Below are positions 18,721 to 28,209 of a stretch of DNA of 64,000 nucleotides, in pieces. The notes under the pieces are model-generated. The model saw only the letters and a program-made list of their open reading frames with translations, was not told where the DNA came from and did no database searches. This DNA comes from an uncultured Planctomycetota bacterium (GTDB lineage: Bacteria; Planctomycetota; PLA2; JAEUHO01): positions 64,001-128,000 of the forward strand of contig CAVVXN010000005.1 in the NCBI GenBank assembly GCA_963752285.1, written 5' to 3'. The position numbers and the translations under genes were made by a program. Position 1 is the first letter of the stretch. The number at the start of each line of letters is the position of its first letter.

Positions 18721-21063
18721 ATGTCCCGATCCCGCGCACCTGGACGGAGCGCCGACGCCGTTCGGCGGTGGCTCCGTCTGTTCCCCGTCGCCCTGCTGCT
18801 GCTGCTCCCCTTCGCCCCGTCGTCCCGCGCCGGGGACGACGACCCGTCGGCGAAGCCCCAGCCGCCGTCGGGGTCCACGCCCGCGCCTGCCCCTGCGCCC
18901 GCGCCGGGCGCGGAGACGTCGCCCAAGTCCACCCCGGGGGGGCCGCCGTCGGACAGCCCGGACATGCCGACCGAGCCGACCGCCCGCCGCCAGTGGCGGG
19001 AGTCCACCTGGCCGGCGCCGACCGCGGCCGACTGGGCCAAGCCCGTCCTGATCCCCTTCCAGCGGACCTGGGACGACGCCGTCGCCGTCTCGAAGGAGAC
19101 CGGCAAGCCGATCCTCGTCTGCATCAACATGGACGGCGAGATCGCGAGCGAGAACTGGGCCGGCATCCGCTACCGTTCGCCCGAGATCGCCGAGCTGTTC
19201 AAGAACTACGTGTGCGTGATCGCGTCGGTCTACCGACACAACCCGCGCGACTACGACGACCAGGGCCACCGGATCCTCTGCCCGCGCTTCGGCAGCGTGA
19301 CGTGCGGTGAGCACATCGCGATGGAACCGGTCATCTACAAGAAGTACTGCGACGGCAAACGCATCTCCCCCCGTCACATCGCGGTGGACCTCCAGAAGAA
19401 CGAGGTCTTCGACGTCTACTACGCCAACGACACGGCGTCGATCGTGCGGGCGATCCGGGACGGACTGAACGGGCTCCCGCCGCCGAACCCGCCGATCGTC
19501 CGCGGGGACCGGCCGATCGTGGACCGCGTGGCGAGCCGCGCGCTCGCCGACCGGCAAGCCGTGGAGGCCGCGTACGTGGCCGGCGACGCGGAGACGAGGA
19601 AGAAGCTCCTCGAGGCCGCGATGAAACACCCCGAGGCCGACCCCCTCGACCTGCTCCGCCTGGCCGTGTTCGGTCTCGACGTGAACCAGAGCAAGCTCGC
19701 GCGCGAGGCCCTCGCCGAGACGAGGTCGCCCCAGGCGACGACGCTGATCTCGGAGAGCCTCCAGGTCTCCATGGACCCCGGGGAGCGCGACGCCCTGATC
19801 GGGGCGCTCAAGCGGCTGGGCGAGACCTCGCCCCTGGCCCGCTGGCTCGCGGGCGTACACGAGGGTCTCACGGCGCACACCACCGTGGACGTCGCGGGCT
19901 GGTCGGAGGCGCTCGCGGGCGGCACGTACCCCGCCCCAGGGCCGGACGCCGAGACCGACACCTGGCACACCGAGGAGATGGCGCGCGCCGCCGACGAGCA
20001 CCCCGACGATCCCGCGCCCCGGCTCCAGCTCGCCGAGGCGAGCCTCGCGCTCGCGGGCGACACGGAGAAGGCGTTCCCCGAGAGCTCCAAGCTGGCGCGG
20101 AGCATGGCCCGCGCGGCGTACGAGGACGCGAAGACGGCCGCGCTCGAGGCGGAGAAGCTCGGTGCGACCGGTTGGGGCGTCGACTCGACGGTGGCCCTCG
20201 CGTCGTACTACCTCGGGGACCTCGACACGGCGTACGCCCGTTCCGAGAAGGCGATGAAGGAGATTCCGGCCGGCGACGCGACCTGGCAGTCCATGGCGCT
20301 CGTGACCATCTTCGCCGAGTCGCGTTGGAAGGGGATCAAGGCCGCCGTCCACGAGAAGAAGCCCTGGCCGCCGACGTGGCTGGCGGACGTCGATGCGGCG
20401 TACGCGGTGCTCCGCAAGCACCCGCTGGGCACGGACAGCCAGGTTCTCTGGCACTACGACTTCCTCGTCTGGCTCGGCGCGGATCACCATGCGGACCAGG
20501 TCCTCGCGGAGGGCATCGAGCGGTTCACCGACTCGGTCCCCCTCCACCAGCGGTTCCGCAACCGTCTCCTGGCCCGGGAGGGCGCCGAGAAGATGCAGGA
20601 CGCGTACGACGCGCTGTTGAAGGAGCACGGGCCCTCGGCCACGCTCGCCTCGTTCGCGGGCCTCGGTTCCGTGGCCGCGGCGGAGGACTACCGCCGCCAC
20701 CGGAAGTGGGACGACGCCGTAGAGGCCTATGGCCGCGCCGTCGCCCACTACGAGGAGGCCGCGAAGGCCGAACCCGCGTTCCAGGCCGCCTCGGACCGCG
20801 CCATCGCGCTGGCCCTCGCCGGCGAGGCGCGCGTGTTGTTCGAGATCGGCAAGGACGCCGAGGCCACGGACGTCTCGCTCACGGGCATCGCGCGGGACCC
20901 GCAGGCCACCGCCACGCAGGACGGCATGGGGATGACCCCCGGCGAGACCGCGCAGGCGATCCTCTCGCAGTGCCGCCGGAACGGCGAGGACGACCTCGCG
21001 GACCGCATCGAGAAGGTGTTCTCGACGCTCGACCCCGACCTCCTCCCGACGGAGCGGGACTGA
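18721..21063 (+). CDS. Secreted thioredoxin-like + HEAT/TPR protein heading the MoxR-vWA operon
   Basis: Signal peptide; Pro-rich linker; FQRTWDDAVAVSKETGKPILVCINMDGE (Trx-like) with CPRFGSVTCGEH; helical repeats after. Confidence 0.75.
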   Translation: MSRSRAPGRSADAVRRWLRLFPVALLLLLPFAPSSRAGDDDPSAKPQPPSGSTPAPAPAPAPGAETSPKSTPGGPPSDSPDMPTEPTARRQWRESTWPAPTAADWAKPVLIPFQRTWDDAVAVSKETGKPILVCINMDGEIASENWAGIRYRSPEIAELFKNYVCVIASVYRHNPRDYDDQGHRILCPRFGSVTCGEHIAMEPVIYKKYCDGKRISPRHIAVDLQKNEVFDVYYANDTASIVRAIRDGLNGLPPPNPPIVRGDRPIVDRVASRALADRQAVEAAYVAGDAETRKKLLEAAMKHPEADPLDLLRLAVFGLDVNQSKLAREALAETRSPQATTLISESLQVSMDPGERDALIGALKRLGETSPLARWLAGVHEGLTAHTTVDVAGWSEALAGGTYPAPGPDAETDTWHTEEMARAADEHPDDPAPRLQLAEASLALAGDTEKAFPESSKLARSMARAAYEDAKTAALEAEKLGATGWGVDSTVALASYYLGDLDTAYARSEKAMKEIPAGDATWQSMALVTIFAESRWKGIKAAVHEKKPWPPTWLADVDAAYAVLRKHPLGTDSQVLWHYDFLVWLGADHHADQVLAEGIERFTDSVPLHQRFRNRLLAREGAEKMQDAYDALLKEHGPSATLASFAGLGSVAAAEDYRRHRKWDDAVEAYGRAVAHYEEAAKAEPAFQAASDRAIALALAGEARVLFEIGKDAEATDVSLTGIARDPQATATQDGMGMTPGETAQAILSQCRRNGEDDLADRIEKVFSTLDPDLLPTERD

Positions 21064-21106
21064 CGGTGAACGAGACTCTCGACCGCCACGGAAGGAGCCG
21101 CGGCCC

Positions 21107-22096
21107 TTGACCGACGTACGCGCCCTCGGGCCCGAGATCGAGAAGGACAGCGCCTTCCTCCGGGACGTGATCCGGGAGGTCGAACGCGTGATCGTCGGTC
21201 AGAAGGCCCTGATCCGGAGCCTCTTGATCGGGCTCCTGGCCGACGGCCACGTCCTGCTGGAGGGTCTGCCCGGCCTCGCGAAGTCGCTCGCCGCGCAGTC
21301 GGTGGCGAACGCGCTCGGCGGCACGTACCGGCGCATCCAGTTCACGCCGGACCTCCTTCCGTCCGACCTCCTCGGAACGCAGGTCTACAACCCGCGGACG
21401 AGTGAGTGGTCGATTCGCGAGGGTCCGATCTTCGCGAACTTCGTGCTCGCCGACGAGATCAACCGCGCGCCGGCCAAGGTGCAGTCGGCGCTCATGGAGT
21501 CGATGCAGGAACGTCAGGTGACCCTCGCGGGCGAGACCCGTGCGTTGCCCCGGCCGTTCCTCGTGCTCGCCACGCAGAACCCCGTGGAGCTCGAGGGCAC
21601 GTACCCGCTGCCGGAGGCGCAGATCGACCGGTTCATGCTGAAGGTGGTCGTCGATTACCCGACCCAGGAGGAGGAGCCCGAGATCATCCTCCGGATGGTC
21701 GGCACCGGGGCGCAACCGACCGCCCGGCAGGTCGCCACGCCGGAGCACGTGCTCGCCGCCCGGGCGCGGCTCGACGAGGTGTACGTGGACGAGAAGCTCC
21801 TCCGGTACGTCGTAGACCTCGTCTTCGCGACACGGCGCCCCCGTGAGGCCGGCCTCGCGAGCCTCCAGCCGCTGATCCTCTACGGCGCCTCGCCCCGCGC
21901 GTCGATCGCGCTCGTGAGGGCGGGCCGCGCGCGCGCGTTCCTCGAGGGCCGGGGGTACGTGACGCCGCACGACGTGAAGGCGGTGGCCCTCGAGGTGCTC
22001 CGGCACCGGGTGATCACCACGTACGAGGCGGAGGCCGAGGGGATCGGCTCGGAAAGCGTGATCCAGACGGTGCTGGACGCCGTGAAGGTCCCGTGA
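21107..22096 (+). CDS. moxR: MoxR family AAA+ ATPase
   Basis: GHVLLEGLPGLAKS, RIQFTPDLLPSD, LADEINRAPAKVQSAL, ATQNPVELEGTYPLPEAQIDRF, YGASPRA; AAGGAG SD with TTG start. Confidence 0.95.
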   Translation: MTDVRALGPEIEKDSAFLRDVIREVERVIVGQKALIRSLLIGLLADGHVLLEGLPGLAKSLAAQSVANALGGTYRRIQFTPDLLPSDLLGTQVYNPRTSEWSIREGPIFANFVLADEINRAPAKVQSALMESMQERQVTLAGETRALPRPFLVLATQNPVELEGTYPLPEAQIDRFMLKVVVDYPTQEEEPEIILRMVGTGAQPTARQVATPEHVLAARARLDEVYVDEKLLRYVVDLVFATRRPREAGLASLQPLILYGASPRASIALVRAGRARAFLEGRGYVTPHDVKAVALEVLRHRVITTYEAEAEGIGSESVIQTVLDAVKVP

Positions 22097-22102
22097 GCCC
22101 GC

Positions 22103-23032
22103 ATGTCCGGGACGAGGCTCTCGCGCGACGACCCGACCCTCGCCGAGGTGCTGAAGGAGGTCCGGCGCATCGACGTACAGACCCGGCGCCTCGTCACGGG
22201 CACGATGGCGGGGGGCTACCTCTCCGTGTTCCGGGGTTCGGGCATCGAGTTCGACACCGTGCGCGAGTACGACGACGGCGACGACCCGCGTTCGATCGAC
22301 TGGAACGTCACGGCCCGCATGGGCCGGCCGTTCGTCAAGACGTACGTGGACGAGCGCGAGCTCACGATCCTCTTCCTCCTCGACCTCTCCGCGTCGATGG
22401 GGGGCGGTTTCGCGCTCCGGTCCGCGCGCCAGACGGCCGCGCGCGTCGCCGCGTGCCTGGCGTTCTCCGCGGTCCGGAACGGCGACAAGGTCGGGCTCGT
22501 GGCCTTCAGCGAGGGCGTCGACACGTGGGTGCCGCCTCGCAAGGGCGTCGCGCATGCGCTCCGGATCGTCCGGGACTGCCTCGCCCACCCCGCGGCGAGC
22601 GCCACGACCCGCCTCGCGCCGGCGCTGGACTTCGCGACCCACGCCGTGCGCCGTCACGCCGTGCTGTTCGTGCTGTCCGACTTCCTCACGACCGGTTGGG
22701 AACGGCCTCTCGCCCTCTGCGCGAAGCGTCACGACGTGATCGCGGTCCGCCTCCTCCTGCCGGAGCTCGAGGCCCCCCCGGGCCGCGGTCTGCTCCGGCT
22801 CGAAGACCCGGAGACGAAGGCGCGGCTCCTCTTCGACGGCTCGAGCCGCCGCGCCCGCGAGGCCTGGCGCCGGCGCGTCGAGGCCTGGCGCGCCGACACG
22901 GATCGAAGCCTTCGCCGCGCGCGGGTGGACGTGATGGACGTCCGCGTCCCGACGAAGGTGGAGGCGAACGGCGTGGCGGAGCCGATCCTCGCCTTCTTCC
23001 GCATGCGGGAGCAGCGGGGAGCCAAGCGATGA
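22103..23032 (+). CDS. DUF58 protein (MoxR-associated)
   Basis: SVFRGSGIEFDTVREY..GDDPRSIDWNVTAR..FVKTY..EREL, DLSASM, LSDF. Confidence 0.93.
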   Translation: MSGTRLSRDDPTLAEVLKEVRRIDVQTRRLVTGTMAGGYLSVFRGSGIEFDTVREYDDGDDPRSIDWNVTARMGRPFVKTYVDERELTILFLLDLSASMGGGFALRSARQTAARVAACLAFSAVRNGDKVGLVAFSEGVDTWVPPRKGVAHALRIVRDCLAHPAASATTRLAPALDFATHAVRRHAVLFVLSDFLTTGWERPLALCAKRHDVIAVRLLLPELEAPPGRGLLRLEDPETKARLLFDGSSRRAREAWRRRVEAWRADTDRSLRRARVDVMDVRVPTKVEANGVAEPILAFFRMREQRGAKR

Positions 23033-23964
23033 GGCCGCGCGTCCTCCTCGTCCTCCTCGTCCTCCTCGTCCCGCTCGCGGTCGGGGCGTGCGATCGCCCG
23101 GCGCCCATCCCCGACGTGGACCTCGCGCTCCGCGTCTCGACCTCCACGAGGGAGACCGAGCTCGGCAAGGCCTTCCCCCTCGAGATCGTGCGCGTGTGGT
23201 CGAAGCGGCTCGATCCCGAGGCGTTCGACGAGGCCGTCCTCTCGCCGCTCGTCGTGAGGCTCGAGACGACGGACCGCCGCGAGAACGCGACCCACGTCGA
23301 GGAGATCCGGCGCTACCGCGCGTACGCCTTCGCGGCGAAGGACGTCGTGGTGCCGGCCGCGTCCTTCCACGCGGCCCCGAAGGGCGGAGGCGAGGCGCGC
23401 GTCGCGAAGTCCGAGCCGCTCCACCTCCACGTCCTCCCCGCGATCGACCCGAGGACGCCCGGCCCCGTGGAGCTTCCGGACGGTCCGCTCCCCGAGCGGA
23501 GTCCCGTCGTGCCCGTCGCCGTGGCGCTCGGCGTCCTCGCCACGTTCGTCCTGGCCCGCGCGCTCGCGCGGCGCCGCCGCGTCCCGTCTCCGGTGGTCGC
23601 GCCGGTCCCGCGCACGCCGGCGGACCGCGCGCTCGACGCCCTCGCTCGTCTCGAGGCGGACGGCGTCGCGAGCGAGGCGGCGCGGCTCGCGGTCGCGTCG
23701 GGCGTCGCGGGCGTGCTCCGGGACTACCTCGCCGAGCACCTGGACCTCCCCGCCTGGGTTCGGACCCGCGAGGAGATCCTCGCGCGCGCCGCCTCGACGC
23801 CGGGCGTGACGCCGGCCGTGCTCCACGAGCTCGCGTCCCCGCTGGAGACGGCCGAGCTCGCGAAGTTCGCGCGGCACGTGCCCACGGCCGGCGAGATCCC
23901 GGACGCCCTCGGGCACGCACGCGCGTTCGTGCGCGCGACCGCGGCCCGGAGGGCGTCGTCGTGA
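23029..23964 (+). CDS. MoxR-operon lipoprotein / membrane-anchored protein
   Basis: ATGA overlap; lipobox AVGAC; TM segment; LRDYL..TREE..LAKFA C-terminus typical of the gene between DUF58 and batA. Confidence 0.75.
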   Translation: MRPRVLLVLLVLLVPLAVGACDRPAPIPDVDLALRVSTSTRETELGKAFPLEIVRVWSKRLDPEAFDEAVLSPLVVRLETTDRRENATHVEEIRRYRAYAFAAKDVVVPAASFHAAPKGGGEARVAKSEPLHLHVLPAIDPRTPGPVELPDGPLPERSPVVPVAVALGVLATFVLARALARRRRVPSPVVAPVPRTPADRALDALARLEADGVASEAARLAVASGVAGVLRDYLAEHLDLPAWVRTREEILARAASTPGVTPAVLHELASPLETAELAKFARHVPTAGEIPDALGHARAFVRATAARRASS

Positions 23965-24968
23965 GCGCGCTCTTCGAACGCCTCACCGGCCTCTCGCTCC
24001 TCCTCCCGGGGCTGCTCCTCCTCGCCGTCCTCGTGCCCCTCGCCTGGGCCTGGCGTCGGCGGCGCGGGACGCCGGCCGTCCTCTTCGCGCCCGGCGCGCT
24101 CCTCGGCGGGAACGGCGGCGTTCCCCGTTCCTGGCGCGCGCGGCTCCTGCCGGTGCCCCGCGTGCTCCAGCTCGGGGGGCTCGTCCTGCTCGTCGTGGCC
24201 CTCGCCCGGCCGGTCGCGAAGATCCTGCTTCCGGCCCGCTCCGTGGGCCTGGACGTCGTGCTGTGCCTCGACGTGTCGTCGTCCATGGCGTCGAACGACA
24301 TGGACCGTCGGGCCACGCGCCTCGAGGTGGCCCGCGCCGCGGCGTCCGAGTTCGTCCGGGAGCGGAAGGACGACCGGATCGGGCTCGTCACGTTCGCGCG
24401 CTACCCGGACCTCGTTGGCCCCCCGACCCGCGACCACGACGCGCTGGCCCGCCTCCTCGCCGACGTGCGGACGGTGGGGGACGACGGCCCCGAGGACGCC
24501 ACCGGCATCGGGACGGCCCTCGCGCGGGCCGCGGACGTCTTGAGCCGGACGAGCCACCGCTCACGCGTCGTGATCCTCCTGACCGACGGCGAGGAGAACG
24601 TGGCCCTGGTGGGGAAGCCCGGCGAGATCGCGCCGGCGCACGCCGCCCAGCTCTGCCAGAAGCTCGGGATCAAGGTGTACGCCATCGCCGCCGGGACGGG
24701 GAAGCGGGACGCGAAGGGCGCTTGGGTTCCCCTCGACACGCGCGCCCTCTCCACCGTGGCCGCGCGGACGGGCGGCGGGTTCTTCGAGGCGCGCGACGCC
24801 GCGTCCGTTCGTCGGGTGTACGCCGACATCGACCGTCTCGCGAAGGCTCCGCTCGAGGCGCCGACCGCGGTCGTCGAAGACCGGTTCCTCGGATTCCTCC
24901 TGGCCGGCGTCGCGCTCCTCTTCGTGGCCCGACTTCTGCAGGCGACGCTCTGGGACGTGTTGCCTTGA
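23961..24968 (+). CDS. batA: vWA domain protein, BatA-like
   Basis: VALARP, MIDAS DVSSSM, DRIGLVTFA, TGIGTAL, ILLTDGEEN; GTGA overlap. Confidence 0.85.
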   Translation: MSALFERLTGLSLLLPGLLLLAVLVPLAWAWRRRRGTPAVLFAPGALLGGNGGVPRSWRARLLPVPRVLQLGGLVLLVVALARPVAKILLPARSVGLDVVLCLDVSSSMASNDMDRRATRLEVARAAASEFVRERKDDRIGLVTFARYPDLVGPPTRDHDALARLLADVRTVGDDGPEDATGIGTALARAADVLSRTSHRSRVVILLTDGEENVALVGKPGEIAPAHAAQLCQKLGIKVYAIAAGTGKRDAKGAWVPLDTRALSTVAARTGGGFFEARDAASVRRVYADIDRLAKAPLEAPTAVVEDRFLGFLLAGVALLFVARLLQATLWDVLP

Positions 24969-26803
24969 CGTTCGCCCAGGTCTTCCTCCGACCGGAGCTC
25001 TGGCCGGTGCTCCTCGTGGCGCCGGCCGTGGGAACCCTGCTCTGGGCGCTCGACCGCCGGCGCCACGTCCGGCTCGTCGAGCGGATCGGCCCGCGCGTCC
25101 AGGCGCTCGCGGAGGAGCGGAGCGTCGGCCGGCGCACGTTCCGGCGCCGGGCGTTCACGGGGTCGCTCTTCTTCGCGGGCCTCGCGGTGCTCGGCGTGGA
25201 CCTCGGCAGCGCCCACGCCGCGGCCTCCTGGTCGGGGCCGGACCTCGTGCTCTGCCTCGACGTCTCGCGGTCGATGGAGGCGCAGGACGTCGTGCCGAGC
25301 CGCCTCGCCCGCGCGAAGGCGGAGATCTCGGCCTTCGGACAGGTCGCAGCGGGCGCGCGCGTGGGGCTCGTCGAGTTCGCCGGCGCGCCGCGACTTCGCG
25401 CGCCCCTGACCGAGGACCTCGCGTCGCTCGCCCTCCTCGCCGAGGAGGCGGACCCCACCGACGTGTCGCGCGGGGGGACCGACCTCGGCGCCGCGATCGA
25501 CGAGGCCGCGGCGCTCCTCGAGAGCGGCCGCGTCGATGACAGGCGCGCGTCCGCCGTCGTGCTCCTGACCGACGGCGAGGACCACGGGGGCCGGGGCTTC
25601 GCCGCGGCGCAGCGCGCCCTCGCGCGGGGCCACCGGGTCGAGGTCCTGGGCCTCGGGACGGCGCTCGGCGCGAAGATCCCGCTCGCCGACACCGGAGGTC
25701 GCGGGTTCCTCCTCGACGCGCACGGCACGGAGGTGGTCTCGCGCCTCGACCCGCAAAGCCTCGAAGCCCTCGCGCGCGCGGGCGGCGGCACGTTCACGCC
25801 GGCGGATCGCGAACCGGGCACCCTCGCGCGTCTCTACGCCTCCGAGCTTCGAAGTCTCGCGTCCACGGCCGCGAACGACCCCGCCGCCGCGCGACGGCAG
25901 GAGGGCTTCCCGTGGCCCATCGGCGTCGCGTTCCTCCTCGCGCTCGTGGACCTCGCGGTCGCCGATCGACGCGTCGTCCGAACGCGGGTCCCCACGGCCC
26001 CCGCGCGTCCCGTCCGTGCGCGCGCGAGCGGACGGCGCCCGCGGAGCGCGCCGCGCGCGGCCTCCACCGCGGTCTCGCTCGCGCTCGTGCCGCTGCTCCT
26101 CCTCCTCGCCGGCTGCGACCGCACGGCAGCGGGACGCCGGGCGTGGGCCGCGGGTCGCGTCGACGAGGCCGGCCGCGCGTTCGCCGCGTCGGCCGTGGCC
26201 GCGGGCGACGGCGCGAGCGCGGAGCTCCTCTACGACCGCGCGCTCGCGGCGCTGGCGCTCCATCACGGCGACGAGGCGCTCGCGGCCGCGAAGGCCGCCG
26301 CGGCGCGGGGCGGTCCCGCCTTTCGGGCGCGCTACGCGTTCGTGGAGGGGAGCGTCGCATATCGGGACTCGCACGACGCCGACGCGGAGGCGACGCGTCT
26401 CGGCGGGAACCAGCAGGCCGCCCTCCACGCGCTGACGCGCGCGGAGGACGCGGTGGCGTTCTGGCAGGCGGCGGCCGCGTCGCGTGCCGACTGGCCGGAG
26501 GCCCGGCGGAACGTCGAGCGGGGAACGCTCTGGCTCGAACACCTGAGGACCACGAAGGGCGGGAAGCCGAAGCCGAAGCCGAGCCCGAAGCCGCCGCCGG
26601 GTCGGGGCCCGAAGCCGAAGCCCCCCGAGCCGACGAAGCCGCCCCCAAGCGAGCCGGCGATCGACGCGCGGACCGAGACGAGGGAGCTCTCGCCGGCGGG
26701 CGTGCTGCGCGTCCTCGAGACGCTCCGCGTGCGCGAGCAGGAGAAGCTCCGCCTCCGCCGGGCGGAGGCGAAGGCGCACCCGTCGGGCGGGAGGGACTGG
26801 TGA
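24965..26803 (+). CDS. vWA domain protein (BatB-like) with C-terminal TPR (BatC-like) region
   Basis: DVSRSM.A.DV.PSRL, GGTDLGAAI, LLTDGEDH, VVSRLD; then LLYDRALA..ARRNVE, a Pro/Lys linker and terminal RDW. Confidence 0.85.
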   Translation: MTFAQVFLRPELWPVLLVAPAVGTLLWALDRRRHVRLVERIGPRVQALAEERSVGRRTFRRRAFTGSLFFAGLAVLGVDLGSAHAAASWSGPDLVLCLDVSRSMEAQDVVPSRLARAKAEISAFGQVAAGARVGLVEFAGAPRLRAPLTEDLASLALLAEEADPTDVSRGGTDLGAAIDEAAALLESGRVDDRRASAVVLLTDGEDHGGRGFAAAQRALARGHRVEVLGLGTALGAKIPLADTGGRGFLLDAHGTEVVSRLDPQSLEALARAGGGTFTPADREPGTLARLYASELRSLASTAANDPAAARRQEGFPWPIGVAFLLALVDLAVADRRVVRTRVPTAPARPVRARASGRRPRSAPRAASTAVSLALVPLLLLLAGCDRTAAGRRAWAAGRVDEAGRAFAASAVAAGDGASAELLYDRALAALALHHGDEALAAAKAAAARGGPAFRARYAFVEGSVAYRDSHDADAEATRLGGNQQAALHALTRAEDAVAFWQAAAASRADWPEARRNVERGTLWLEHLRTTKGGKPKPKPSPKPPPGRGPKPKPPEPTKPPPSEPAIDARTETRELSPAGVLRVLETLRVREQEKLRLRRAEAKAHPSGGRDW

Positions 26804-28209
26804 TGCGCCGGGTCCCGCTCCTCGTGCTGTCGCTCCTCCTCGTCCCCCTCGCGAACGGGCGGGCTCAAGCGGGCGACGCGGACGAGACCGCGCGCGCGAC
26901 GATCGAGGTCGTCGGCCCGTCGCGCCCCCTCTACGTACACGAGCGGTTCCGCCTCGTCCTCCGCGTGACGATCGACCGGGACTTCTTCGAGAAGAACGCG
27001 GTCCCGCTCTTCCGCCAGCGGCTGGACGTCCCGATCCAGGCCGAGGCGCCGTGGGCCGGGAAGCTCCAGGGCGCGCGGGTCCTTGTGCCCGAGCCCGGCG
27101 CGACGGCACGGGCCGACGGCGACCTGCGGCGCCTCTCGCTGAACGGGGACGTCGCGCGCGCGCGTCTCGTGGGGACCCGCGAGGTCGAGGGCCGGAGCTT
27201 CTCCGTGCTCGAGATCGAGCGACGCTACGTCGCCGAGGTTCCGGGGCGGATCCACGTCGCTCGTCCCTCGCTCCTCTACGCGTACGCGACGCGCTTCCAG
27301 GAGGACTTCGCCGGCGACCGCATCGCCCTCGATCGCCGGGACGTGACGGTCGAGGGCGCGCCGCTCGAGCTCGACGTCCTGCCGCTCCCGGTCGCGGGGC
27401 GGCCAAAGGGGTTCGTGGACGCCGTCGGGAGCCTTCGTCTCTCCGCGTCGATCGCGGGCGGCTCGGGCGACGGCGGCCGCGAGCCGCTCGCGCTCCGCCT
27501 CGAGATCTCCGGCGACGGCGACCTCGAGACGCTGACGCCTCCCACGGTCGACGCGATCGAGGGCTTCCACGTCTTCGGCGTGTCGGACCGGATGGAGGAC
27601 GGCGTGCGCGTCGTGACCTACGAGATCGCCTCGGAGTCCGGCGCGACCCACGTTCCTCCGATCGAGCTCGCGACGTTCGATCCCGGTCCGCCCGCGCGCT
27701 ACGCCGTGCTCCAAAGCGACCCCCTGTCGCTCCCGGGCGTCGTCGCCCCGTCGCGCACACCCTCGTCCGCGGGCTCGTCCGGGCCGGCGGCCAGGTCGCC
27801 GAGGGACGCCGGTCGGCCCGGGCTCGCGGCGTTGGCCCTCGCGCTGCTCGTCCTGGTCGGTCTGGGCGTCGTCGCCGCGCGGAAGCGACGGGGTCGGGCC
27901 GCCGTTTTGCGGGCCGCCGCCGCTCCCGCCCGGGTTCCGGTTGCGCCCGCGTCGGACGATCCCGTGGACGGCCTCGCCGCGGCCCTCGCGTCGCGCCTCG
28001 GCGTGTCGCCGACCGCGGTGATCGCGCCCGACCTCGCGTCGCGACTCGTCCGGGCCGACGTCGATCCCCGCCTCGCGGCCGAGGCCGCGGCGCTCCTCGA
28101 GGCGCTGGTCGGCGCGCGCTACGGCGGGCAGCCGGTTCCGGACGCCGCCACGCGGGTCGCCGCCCTCGCCGCCTGCCTCGCCCGAGGGGACGGACCTACT
28201 CGTACGTGA
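26803..28209 (+). CDS. BatD-like protein
   Basis: TGATG coupling; signal peptide; LDVLPLP..GRPKGFVDAVG; ISGDGDL; FDP..Y; C-terminal TM. Confidence 0.75.
   Translation: MRRVPLLVLSLLLVPLANGRAQAGDADETARATIEVVGPSRPLYVHERFRLVLRVTIDRDFFEKNAVPLFRQRLDVPIQAEAPWAGKLQGARVLVPEPGATARADGDLRRLSLNGDVARARLVGTREVEGRSFSVLEIERRYVAEVPGRIHVARPSLLYAYATRFQEDFAGDRIALDRRDVTVEGAPLELDVLPLPVAGRPKGFVDAVGSLRLSASIAGGSGDGGREPLALRLEISGDGDLETLTPPTVDAIEGFHVFGVSDRMEDGVRVVTYEIASESGATHVPPIELATFDPGPPARYAVLQSDPLSLPGVVAPSRTPSSAGSSGPAARSPRDAGRPGLAALALALLVLVGLGVVAARKRRGRAAVLRAAAAPARVPVAPASDDPVDGLAAALASRLGVSPTAVIAPDLASRLVRADVDPRLAAEAAALLEALVGARYGGQPVPDAATRVAALAACLARGDGPTRT

Noticed and set aside
25900..26130. Internal lipobox (LLAGC) in the BatB-like gene as evidence of a hidden separate gene
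   Set aside because: No stop or convincing start nearby; vWA-TPR fusions are common in MoxR operons.
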